DNA of 59,546 nucleotides, the filler included, from Circinaria calcarea (lineage: Eukaryota): assembly GCA_051942165.1 (NCBI GenBank). It is 3 parts of 3 records of this genome, joined end to end, with 100 filler letters (N's around TTAATTAATTAA, not from the genome) between each part and the next. Parts side by side here need not be neighbours in the genome. Positions count along the whole stretch, not along the records: positions 1 to 19,791 come from JAVECS010000190.1; positions 19,892 to 39,680 come from JAVECS010000191.1; 1 more part is not named here. The stretch is one strand, 5' to 3'. The position numbers and the translations under genes were made by a program. Under the pieces are notes generated by a model. The model ran no database searches, was not told the DNA's origin, and was given only the letters and a program-made list of their open reading frames with translations. Of this stretch, positions 13,556 to 24,286 are shown piece after piece. Each line of letters begins with the position of its first letter. Position 1 is the stretch's first letter.

Positions 13556-14505
13556 TTGTTAAGGGTAGCTGGACTCAAGCATGGGCTTCACGGTTCCAAG
13601 CTGGTGAGATATGATTGGCTCCCGACTGTGTAGCGAGAGAGATATGCGAGAGATAACACTCAGACACGCAGACACACAGAAAAATGAGATTTTTGCCACG
13701 GGAAGCAGCATCATCTCCCTCGTTTCCCCGGCTCCTTTCTTTGTCCATCAATCCGCTTGATCGCTCTCCCTTCTCCGGATGTCTACAGTCCAAACCCTAT
13801 GCCGTTCGTCTGCATGTCGTCAAACTCAAGACGACGCTAGAATGGCGTTGCAGTAGCGGCCAGGCTATGCCCGAAGCTGATTGGTTGCTTCATCCTCTCT
13901 CCTCGACTCGCTCTCCTCACGCTCCTCGTCCGTAGAATATATCAGACTTTATCCCAGACATCGCATTGCTGCTGCGACCACACAGTGTCCAAGCAGCTGA
14001 GCCTGAGGTTGGTGCGGTCAAGAGTTCAGAAGGCAGCGTAGGGGCTATAAGAGACCAAGCGTCTTCTCAGCAACGGCTACATTCAGACGGGTTGTCTCTG
14101 TATCTACGGTAACAGGGGGATGATTGCACGGAGATCAGAGGCCAGAACCTCGGACGAGCCAACGTGAACGCTGCTGACGGAATCGGTTCTTGAGTTCGAT
14201 TGGGTGAATGGAATTTGGTCCGACTACATATTCTACATCCTGCCCATGCCGGCCCTTATCAGAGCTGGCCGCTCGAGTAATCCCCCCCTACTTCCGTAGC
14301 GGGCCACATGTAACGAACACAGATGCCTGGCACAAATCCTGCCTTCCACGTAAAGCGAGCTCTCCCACCCCGGTGAAGGGCCGTTTGCCTCGGGTGCACA
14401 CGGCCGCCGGTGGTCCAAATCCAGAGCTTAAATTCAGAAGCATCCAAGCACAGCACTTCATGCTTGTCCTCCCCCATCCTGCTTGCCGAGGTACATGCGG
14501 ATTCG

Positions 14506-17500
14506 TCATCGAACGTAGGGGTATTGACCTGGAGCGAGATTAACATGTGCCGTATTGGTAGAGAAAACTTGCGTGCTGGTGAGCTGCCACTTCCTTCTCC
14601 TCACGCCTTGCAGCCCAGGCGTTGAGATCATCGGGTGAGACGGTCGACAGGAGGTTGACGTTCTGCAGAGCACTGGGGATTGGGGACAGGAACTTCCCCG
14701 GTCTGTCGTCATGGCAATGGCGAAGACCGAGGATTTCAGGGTCCTTGTGCGGGGAGTAAAGTGAATCACGCTTAGATCGACGCTTTCTGCGCCTGATGGT
14801 CATGGACGGACCATCACGATTTTCACGGCGTCTCAGGGTATCACGAGAAGAATCTCGGTGGGGAGAAGAAAATTCAATAGAGGTTGAAAATAAATGACGA
14901 TGCTCACCATTGTACTGGGTTGGCGCCATCTGCACCCCGTGCGGCATAGCAACTCCATTGCTTACCGGGGCCGGCTGGGCTCGAGGTTGATTCACTGAAT
15001 TCGGGATATGTGTATCTCGGATGAGCTTCACCATTTCCTCGGGCTTGAATCTCGTTGCATGATACGTGGACGCTTTCGGGATTATACTGAGAAGAAAGAG
15101 AACCTCCCGAGGAAGGGCCGGAGGCGGAAGCATGTAACTGTTATTCTGACCTTCGTGTTGCGATATCTCGTTTGGCAGTCGGCTGCGCTTTTGCTGATCC
15201 AGTCGACGCCCGGCTGCACCTTTAAGTGGCGACTCACCACGAACAAACTTCCGGGGGCGGAGGGCTTCGGTGTCAACTTCCTCGAACGGTAGTGGTCGCT
15301 TCGGTGAATTCGTAGGTTGAGCATGTTGATATGGCGGGGAATTCTGCGCCGAGGCCGTCTCGATAGTAGGCATCATTCTCGGGCGAGCTTGCGAGCTGGG
15401 CGAGATGATCAGGCGGATTGCGGTTGGATCGAAGCCTTCGTGGGTGAAGCGCTGGGAAAAGGACGAAAGTCTTGGATCTTCGGGAAACAGATCGCTCATG
15501 CGCTTCTCCAACTTCAGGATCTGATTAAGCTCTCCGTGTTGAGATTCGAAGGCGTGAAAGAAGGCGTACAGCGGCTTCGCTTTCTGAAGCGTCTCCGGTT
15601 TCTGAGACAATCGGCCCACTGTAGTTTCAAAGACCACTCTGGCATCTATCGAGTATATCAGACAACACCCATGTACGAACAAAGAGTTGCACTTACTGGT
15701 ATGGTCGTTGTTTGCAATTAGATGCCTGATGTACTCCAATGCAAAAGCCTCGTCCTCTGGATATAGTTTCGCTCCCCGCTCAAAGATTCTCTTCGCAGCT
15801 TCACCCTCATACATATGAAATTCCAACAGTGCAGCAGCAACCCAGACATCGCTTGTGATGCGGCCTCTCTTCCGAGCGTCGGTCAGAATCTGTCGAGAGC
15901 CACCTATGGGCGCTCCTACTTTGCCTTTACCCTGAATCCGTCGTATTGCACGCATCAACGCAATCCACGCGTGAGAGAGGGTTTTTTGGATTAGACGTAT
16001 CTGTAGGGCGTTCATATTTTTCACAACGTCGGTCTGCACCTTTTTCCTCTGCTCTGCCTTGTTAGTGTCGTCGTCCTCGGCGTCTCGATCGTTATCCTCG
16101 CCCTTCATTCCGTTCACGGGGTTGCTAGTAGCCTCAAGGAACTGAGATTCAATGCGAGCAAGATCCCGAGCTTCTCGGGCAGTAGTTTTGGCGATCAGCT
16201 CGTAGAGCGCATCAAGCACCTTATCGTATGGCTCTCGTACCGCCGCTCCTCTCCGTTTCACACCTTCATCGCCATCCTCGTTAGACGTGCAAAGCTCAAT
16301 TCGATCTGCACGCTTGAAAGCTAGCAAGCAGCTTTCTGGGTTGGCTGAGATGCCTTGATTGAGAAAATCAATGCCTTCAGATTCTAGATCATTATGAAAA
16401 CAAAATTCAGCGGCCTCGAACCACATTTCAGGCCAGAACCTCAGAGCCATCAATGCTTGTTTGTACACAAAAATAACCCTAGCTTTGTACGCGGCCAGAT
16501 CATCCTGCTTCAAGACAAGTGGGTCATCCTTCTCCCACTGTATCCAGCGCTTCCAAATCTCCACTTGCTTTGTGTATTCAACGTCACCATCAAACCCAAG
16601 CGCTGGGGGCAGAGTTGGGAGAGTAGTCCGTTTTAAATCCCGGGTGATATTCTGCAATTCTGTGTACGAGCTTCGAGCAGACATGTATGCGGGTGAGTGG
16701 TCCTGTAGGTATTTTCGACCCTTGAAGGGTGCATCAGCAGGGGAGGTGCTCGTCTAGAATGTGCGTACGTACCGTCACCTTGTTCAAGCCCATCTCGAAT
16801 TGGTTGAACTCCCTCCAGAGGGACTCGACCGATTGGGTAGGGACACATATTGCGGAATGATAAGCCTTTCGAAGAGAATCCATCTTCTGCGAGTCCTGCC
16901 AGTTACTACCTCCGACATTTCCCGGGCCTGATTTCACAAATTGCACGTAATCTTGCCAGATTCTCCCAGACTCCTTGTCATTGCCGATGTTCTGCAGTGC
17001 GAGCTCGTATGCTTTGTAGATCACTCCACGTGCAGTGCCAGACGTATCGGTTGTGATGTTGTAGTGGCGTCTGATGTGGTCGAGGTATGCAGACCAAAGC
17101 TGGACATTTGGTATTTGCATTAGGGTATTATTGAAAATAGTATCTACTGCATTCCGATTCTGAGCGTCATTTTCCATTTGGATATATGCCACCCATTGCT
17201 CTGCCTAGAACCATAATCAGTAAGGTTGGCGCTTTATAAACGGATAAGGACTTACTGCGGATGGAAAGATTCCGAAGAACCTTTCGTAGACTTTCCGAGC
17301 TTCGTCAAGCTTTCCGCGACGTTTATGTTCGTCAATCAGGGTAAGCCAAGCATCAAGATCTCCGCGTTCGTCTTCCTTGATCCTATCTTCCAAAAGACCT
17401 ATCTTATCGTGAGGTAGGCGTGCTTTAGGGGCGGCGGAGCTTGGTGATGGTGATTGTGATTGGTTAGCAACAGAACTTCGTCGTATTTGCTCCAACTTTA

Positions 17501-18137
17501 GAGTAGGAGGCGCATCTAGAGCCTTTGCGACGCCATCGCCACGGCTCGAAATCTCGCCAGGAGCTGATTCAGTGGCTATACTCGTAGCGATATCATTAGT
17601 TGATTTAGTCACATAATTTGGAGCAGTATTGCCTTGAGCAGCAGTGTGTACGGGCAGGTCCTGTGCAGCCATCTGTACAAGAGGATCGTATGAAGTCGGT
17701 GATTGAGGTGAGACAGCCCCGTTCTCATTTCTTAAGTGGAGCGCGCCGTTTGTCCCTTGGGGTGCGGCTGGTGGTGCTTCGGAGGAGCGGTCCTTTGTAA
17801 AGGATGCCATCATATCCTTCGAGTATGCAGGAGAGGATCTATCGTACTCAGACGCCGCGTTCACCCCGTTCACAGCAGGGCCCAAAGACCCCGGCTGCGC
17901 GGAAACAGGAGGAAAAACATCATTCTTGCTAACATCAACAGACGAGATAGGATTGGACGTTTGAGGGCCAGAAAGCAGAGTGATATCTTGCACATCTTGC
18001 GCAGGATCATATTCATCTGATGAGGAAGAATCTATCTGCTGTTCACTACCACCACCAGTAACATTGTAGCTCCCAGTATTCTCATTCATAGCCTGCATCG
18101 AACTAAGAAAAGCTGCCTCAGCCTCCGCTTCCGCCAT
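14506..18137 (-). CDS. RNA14: mRNA 3'-end processing factor Rna14 (CstF-77/Su(f) family, HAT repeats), multi-exon
   Basis: KARLPHDKIGLLEDRI, PNVQLWSAYLDHIRR, SGRIWQDYVQF, WIQWEKDDPL, YKQALMALRFWPEMW and SPLKGAAGRRL. Spliced stop at 14506; unspliced stop at 14540. Confidence 0.92.
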
Positions 18138-18679
18138 AATCACGGTACAAGGCCTCTGCTTATGCCTGTTGCAGACCCGCGTAGCCGTTAGCCGTCAGCT
18201 TGGAGATGAAAGAAATTACCTTGCGGCAGCTTGTCTGATGTACGGAAGATGCGGAATCGGGAATAGATTGGCTGAGTTGGTGTCTGACAGATTGAGGAAA
18301 TGTCGTGATGAGGGTAAGCTGTCGATGTACGGAAAATGGATCACTGCTGTGGTTGATGTTGTTGGAAGGTTTACAAGAGAGTAGGAAAGGTAAGGTTGAA
18401 CAATCAAAGGTGAAGCTTTGAGTGAGGAGTGTTCAGGCAAACCGGCATGACGCTAAGGCCGGGTCGGATCGGCATCAGTACGGAACAGTCGCGACTTCAG
18501 AAACCACTTAACGCGACTAAAGGGGTATTGTTATTGTGGGCGTTATTATTGTCTTGCCAAAGTGTTACGAAACCTGCCATCGGAGTGGATTTTCGATATT
18601 ATCTGCACGCCTTTCTCCTATCATCCGTGGTCGCCACATACCCAACGATATCACACTCGCAAAGCCGTCTCCTCTCACA

Positions 18680-19717
18680 ATGAGTATCATCTCCCTTCTC
18701 GGGGTAAAGGTCTTGAACAACCCAGCAAACTTCAGTGATCCGTACGAGTTTGAGATCACATTCGAGTGCTTGGAGCAGCTGCACAAAGGTATACTACCTC
18801 CTCATTCCCAGGTTAGACTCCAACGCTCATTTCCTAATTTCAGATCTCGAATGGAAACTCACCTACGTTGGATCGGCGACTTCGTGAGCTGCTCCCTTCT
18901 GACGGACCACTCTTGCATTCTAACTCTACATCACAGGTCCGAACATGATCAAGAACTCGACTCTCTCTTAGTGGGCCCGATTCCGGTGGGCGTCAATAAA
19001 TTCATCTTCGAAGCAGACGCTCCGGACCTGAAGCGAATCCCCGCATCTGAGATTCTTGGTGTCACCGTCATACTCCTCACCTGCAGTTACGATTCCAGAG
19101 AGTTCGTGCGTGTAGGCTACTATGTCAACAATGAGTACGACAGCGAAGAACTCAATGCTGAACCGCCCGCAAAGCCAGTTATGGAGCACGTCCGAAGGAA
19201 CATTCTAGCCGAGAAACCACGAGTGACTCGTTTTGCCATTAAATGGCAAGTTTACAGCTTTATGTTTTTATACACTTGGATTTCTCGCTAACAGGATTCA
19301 AGGGACTCTGCTGATTCTGCCCCAGCCGAATATCCTCCTGAGCAACCAGAAGCTGACGTAGTAGAAGACGATGGTACAGCATATGGCGCAGAGGAAGTCG
19401 AGCTTGAAGAGGCACTCATCAAGGAGGAAGCCGCCCTCACAGCTCAAGGGGAGGATGAAGAAATGGCTGGCGCAGATGACACCGCGGGACAAGCAGCTAA
19501 AGCGGAGGATGACGAGTCTGATGCCGGTAGCGAAGACTTAGAAGCTGAGAGCAGCGGCAGTGAGGACGACGAGGTAGAAGAGGAAGAGGGCGAAGGTGAC
19601 GGGGATGAAGACATGGAGATGGCTGAAGACGGCGACGGAAAGCCAACAGAAGCAGCATCACACAATGGTCAGCCCATAGGCCAACAACAGCAGCATGGCG
19701 AGGTGATGGTTCACTGA
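18680..19717 (+). CDS. ASF1: Histone H3-H4 chaperone Asf1 with acidic tail, 4 exons
   Basis: [16 protein letters not shown]...[55 protein letters not shown], then a D/E-rich tail. Confidence 0.96.
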
Positions 19718-19791
19718 GCATCCTTGTTCGTCGAGTGTTACCTCACGTTTCTCTCAACCATATTATGATGGGGCGTTGGGTTATCAAGAAA

Positions 19792-19891
19792 NNNNNNNNN
19801 NNNNNNNNNNNNNNNNNNNNNNNNNNNNNNNNNNNTTAATTAATTAANNNNNNNNNNNNNNNNNNNNNNNNNNNNNNNNNNNNNNNNNNNN
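19792..19891. other. Artificial contig linker (N44-TTAATTAATTAA-N44)
   Basis: 100-nt block with a 12-mer giving stops in all six frames; the same block occurs at 39681. Confidence 0.97.
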
Positions 19892-21289
19892 GTTTTGTTG
19901 ATGGATTTTACAAACGTTTTCGGCAACGAGCCATAGAATGTATACAACACTAGAGCAAACAGTCCTATCGGCGCAAATATCTGGAGAAATTCATACCAAT
20001 GAAATGCTTTGACTTCGGTTTCAATATGACCAGCTCCTCGTCTAGTTGTCCCGTCAGGCGCTTTTTCGACGCCCACATCAGCAGGAAAGCGTCCCGTTCG
20101 ATAATATAATTCTATAAGCTTATCCTTTTCTATCCAGCGTTGTCTGAGCCAATACTCAAAGGCCTCGGGATCGTCAATTGGAATAGCAGAGATTGCAAAG
20201 CGCCGCCAATACATATTGACTGATTTGGGAGGACGGCCTTCAAGGTACGATGCCTTGACGGTAAAGATGTCCTGGGCATATTCTCCGCGACTAATAAACA
20301 TTAGAAACATAGTACTGTAGATGAGATGGAGGGTGCGCCAGAATTAATAAGAGAAGGTACGTACGGTACGCCCTCGTAGGCAATAGTACAATCATATATG
20401 TAGTCTACTGTCTTGCGAAGTTCCTGGAGACAGAACTGTAGTCCAGTGCTTCGCGGTATCAGTTGATGGCGCATATCAGGAATCCCTTTTTTGGCAGCCC
20501 ATTTTCTTGACGAGTCACGTGTACTCGGAGCAAGATTGGTCCCTTCTGGAAACATCAACAACCACATTGGGTCGGAGGCTTTGTTGAGTGATTGCAGGTG
20601 GGCTGCCAAGTGCGGTTTGTCCTTTTCCCAGTTCCGTTTTAATAGAATGAACTGGGAGAACTGAATGCCCCAGCCAATGACGGGGATCCGTTTCAAGGAC
20701 TCCTTGAGGACAATGTAGATGCGGCCATGCATCCCGTTGGTATATGCTATCCACCATAGGTACAACCAGTCGGTATAGATCTGTGGTATATCAGTATGTT
20801 TTCCCCAAGGCCATGAGCGAAGAGTTACTTGATGGTTTGCGATCAGAATTGCTCTTTCTGAGAAATTGCATATAAGCCTTCCGTCCACTGTCTTCAGTAA
20901 CTGACCCCGGACGGTTTTGTCTCCGCTGATCCTCATGACCGTGGGCGCCCACCACTGGGTCATGGTCATGGTCAGGAGGCCAAACGATTGTTTGGTAAAG
21001 GCTATCCATGCATTGTACCAGTCCCTATTCACGAGATATAATGGAACACCGAGGAATTGCGACGCGTTGATGCTGCCAGCGTAAAGATGCCAGTCAGCAT
21101 ACTATACTACTACCCCAAAGTAGATAGGGGGTGGCCTCACGCCATGACACCAGATATAAAATAAGAACCCAAGGCGAGAAACGAAGAGATTTGCGAAGTT
21201 GGGCCATGCTGAACTGGTCTTGCGACAGGATACGGCTGTTTGGCGGTCAGGGACAGTCCAGCGCCCAGATCTGCCTTGGATTTGGTCAT
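19892..21289 (-). CDS. PlsC-family lysophospholipid acyltransferase (Cst26/LCLAT-like), 3' end lost in gap
   Basis: Spliced NHQIYTDWLYLW (HX4D motif), VLKESLKRIP, FPEGT, PRSTGL and YDCTIAYEG; probable ATG at 21289. Confidence 0.88.
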
Positions 21290-21944
21290 GGAGTGTGATT
21301 CTGATATCCAAAGAATAGAAAAGAAATTTCTCAATTACACATTATCATTGCAGAACTAGGTAGATTGGAGAGAAAAATGGATTTTACTGTATTCTATAAT
21401 CATGCCGGAGTAAACACCGAAAAGCCTTCGACTTAGGGAGTGTGCAAATGCAAGTAAGTGATATGCGCGACGTGAATGACGTCAGCCAATCGAATCACAC
21501 GCCTCCCCTACCGAATGCCGGGGATCAAACGGCCCAGACGTGGCTCAATGTCATACCAAAAGGCCGATCTGTGGCGTCAAGTCGATGTGATTCCTTGCTT
21601 CCGGCCGAAAGAGACCCTGCCCATCGTCATTGTGCCTCGAGGACAGAATCTTCTAGGCCTTTCACCTCCCTCTTCCCACACACGCGAGCGAATGACCAGT
21701 TGTCCACACAGGTTACGCAGTATTTCCTGACCTACGGAAGTACTGTTGATGGTGAGTTGTGACGAGCGGAAAAGAAAGAGCAGACGAATACAAAAATATT
21801 ACCATGGTCCATCGCGTTATAGCCTGCATCTGCATCGGATTTACTCCGAACCAGAACATCAATTGGTTCCTTTGTATGTATCGTGATCGCGCTCCTTAAT
21901 TGGCTATGATCTGCAGCGGCTCCAATGCTCAGATCAAGGTCTTG

Positions 21945-21966
21945 CCCCTATGACGTCAAAGCCCCT
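21945..21966 (+). promoter_or_regulatory. STRE-CRE-STRE cluster (CCCCT / TGACGTCA / CCCCT)
   Basis: CCCCT 21945-21949, palindromic TGACGTCA 21951-21958, CCCCT 21962-21966; ~150 bp upstream of ORF 22109. Confidence 0.55.
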
Positions 21967-22108
21967 ATCCCCAGATGCCCAGCCACTGACAGCACATATA
22001 TGCTTTCCGTCGGACAGTCCCTCGAATTTTTTATTCCATCACCGTTCGACTTTGAATAACAGAACCATCCATCAAACTTAATGTCATCGAGTCCCCAACA
22101 CCTTTCAA

Positions 22109-22456
22109 ATGCCTAACTATCTCTCCTTTGACTTCTTCTTCGACCAAGACAAATTCAACTTCACCGCTTCCCGATCCCAGGGTGCACCACCCATCAAGCC
22201 AGCGTGGAAAGTCAGGACCGCACCTAAGCTTCCCCCCAAGGAACTTTCCCAATCCGACTCCACCTCCAGTCCCCGTATCACCGAAATCCCATCCGACAAG
22301 AAGGTTCCCAAGCTCGCTCCCAAATCAAAAGCTACTCCCAAACCCAAGGAGACCGCTAAACCCAAGGAGACTCCCAAACCCAAGGAGACTGCCAAACCTA
22401 AAGAAGCATCCAAGCCAGACGCGTCCACAACTACCAAAGCCGCACCAAAAGCCTAA
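22109..22456 (+). CDS. Hypothetical 115-aa protein: Phe-rich head and PKET(A/P)K repeats
   Basis: Intact ATG-TAA ORF with C-ending codon bias and an in-frame 18-nt repeat. Confidence 0.55.
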   Translation: MPNYLSFDFFFDQDKFNFTASRSQGAPPIKPAWKVRTAPKLPPKELSQSDSTSSPRITEIPSDKKVPKLAPKSKATPKPKETAKPKETPKPKETAKPKEASKPDASTTTKAAPKA

Positions 22457-22471
22457 ATCAAAACCTCCACG

Positions 22472-23191
22472 ATGGCTTCGAGTTGGATCGCCAGCACAAT
22501 TGGCAACACCGTTTCCAGCGCCGTCGCACCCACCATCTCCAGCTACGTCGCCACCGCGGGCTCCTTTGCCGGTGATACCGTCGCCAGCGTCGGTGACGCC
22601 ATCAACGGTGTTGGCCAAAGTGTCGGCGGCACAATATCCCGATATGGCAATGGTGCCAAAGACTACGCCAACGCAATCAAGGATTACACCAAGGCACCCG
22701 GAACTCGAACCACAAGCGCCAAGAATCCTTTGGGGCTAAGCGATACCTACACCGGAGGCAAACACTCCCTCAACTCCAGTGCCTTCTCCAACCCCCTAGC
22801 CGGCATGAAAGCTGCCCCCAAAGCAATCGAAGCTCCCAAGCCCGCAGCTAAGAAACCTGCCCCTGCACATGCAAAGTCCCCGGCTCCTTCGCGTGCTAAA
22901 TCCCCAGCTCCTGCCGTCAAGCCCAAAACCCCAGCCGCCTCCGGTAGACGAAGTGCCACACCCGCCAACATTGCCAAACCACTTTCACCTACAGCGTCCA
23001 AGCCAAAAGATGTCGGTGCGGCAGCGAAAGGCGGAACACAGAAAGCCGCGGATCCGAATCATCTGAGGGCTATTGCTGCAAAAGCGAGAGAAAGGTCCGC
23101 GGGTGCATATGGCGGCGCGCCGAAGCCAAAACCGGTGGCAAAGACTCCTACTAATGCTACTGCCAAAAATCCTTTGGGATTGTCATTTTGA
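22472..23191 (+). CDS. Hypothetical 239-aa Ala/Pro/Lys-rich protein with duplicated AKNPLGLS motif
   Basis: Intact ORF with strong start context (acgATGg); G/A/V/S-rich N-terminal half; motif present mid-protein and at the C-terminus. Confidence 0.75.
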   Translation: MASSWIASTIGNTVSSAVAPTISSYVATAGSFAGDTVASVGDAINGVGQSVGGTISRYGNGAKDYANAIKDYTKAPGTRTTSAKNPLGLSDTYTGGKHSLNSSAFSNPLAGMKAAPKAIEAPKPAAKKPAPAHAKSPAPSRAKSPAPAVKPKTPAASGRRSATPANIAKPLSPTASKPKDVGAAAKGGTQKAADPNHLRAIAAKARERSAGAYGGAPKPKPVAKTPTNATAKNPLGLSF

Positions 23192-23883
23192 ATTTATTGT
23201 GTCTGCAGGCTGAAGAATGTGGTACGAGGAAGGCATTGATGCGTCAACTTGTGTTTTTGGTTCCAACCTATTCTTTTATGTACAACGTACAGTCGACCGA
23301 TTAGCCTGCCTATGTTTTAGTCACGAAGAGTCATCTGCATTTTCTCCTCGAAAAGTTTATCCGTACGTTAGTTTCAGATATTTACATTGAATTCAAACCT
23401 TCGATGAGCCTTTAAAGTAGAGCATCCACGTCACTATTAACAAAATTTCATCTCCGTCTAAATCTCCTCAAATATCTTTTATCTCCCACAAAGCAACTTA
23501 CTTCCACGCCCCCTTACATCCCTTTTAAAAATTCACATGATGATGCTTGATACTTATTCTAACCATGACCATGACCAACCTACGATATCCTTCCCATACC
23601 CATTCCAATTTCCCATTTTCCCACCATCACTCGAGTCCTCGAGTCCTCGAAGGGGATGCACGTACGATCTAGAAAGCAATGTTGACAATCTAACTTAACG
23701 TACCCCAAATTACCCTTACATTACTAAAAGTGAAAAAGGTGCATGTAGAGAGTGTCACTGTACCGCACCCCCAAGTGCCACACCCCAAGAAACTTGAACA
23801 CCCACTCTAAACCGACCTCCCCCTCCCCGAATTTCCACGCATTCCGCCCCAAATCTCCCTCCCCCACAAACGAGCCTACAGCA

Positions 23884-24016
23884 TCAGCGTCAGCGTCAGC
23901 GTCAGCACTCAGCGTCAGCATCCCTATCCCTATTGTTATTGTTATTTCTAACCTCCTCCTCCAGCTCAATCCTAGTTCACACACCCAGCTCACACACCAG
24001 CTCACACCAGCTCACC
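23884..24016 (+). repeat. Low-complexity short tandem repeats (TCAGCG)n and (CACACCAGCT)n between convergent genes
   Basis: Read directly at 23884-23919 and ~23978-24016. Confidence 0.75.
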
Positions 24017-24286
24017 ACAACAGTTCACCTCGCCGCGGAGTGCGGTACGGAGTGCGGACGAGTGCTCTTGCCAATCCTTCAAAATACACCATCCTTCACA
24101 AGTCCCTCGAACCCAGCTCTTCCGGATTTTTCTTAGCGGGGTTTTTTATAGCCTGTTTTCTTAGTTGTATCCGGGATATAACGAAATAGACGGACGGGGG
24201 TTTAGAAAGACTCCAAGGAAAGGAGTTTTTTTTTTCAAGAAGTTGGAGCTGAAAGTTTTTTTTTTAAAAATTTTTGGTTCAAACAG

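Noticed and set aside
8273..19717. Argonaute-RNA14-ASF1 as a silencing gene cluster
   Set aside because: RNA14 and ASF1 are ubiquitous housekeeping genes; no Dicer or RdRP nearby; adjacency alone is not evidence.
19836..19847. TTAATTAATTAA palindrome inside N runs (also 39725-39736)
   Set aside because: Synthetic six-frame-stop linker, not biological; gene neighbourhoods across it cannot be interpreted.
22128..22739. 203-aa alternative-frame ORF spanning the ORF1/ORF2 junction
   Set aside because: Non-ATG start; P/R-rich composition expected from a shifted frame of C-rich, T-poor codons.
23724..24189. ORFs 23724-24005 and 23752-24189
   Set aside because: Low-complexity, repeat-derived frames in the shared 3' region of convergent genes.
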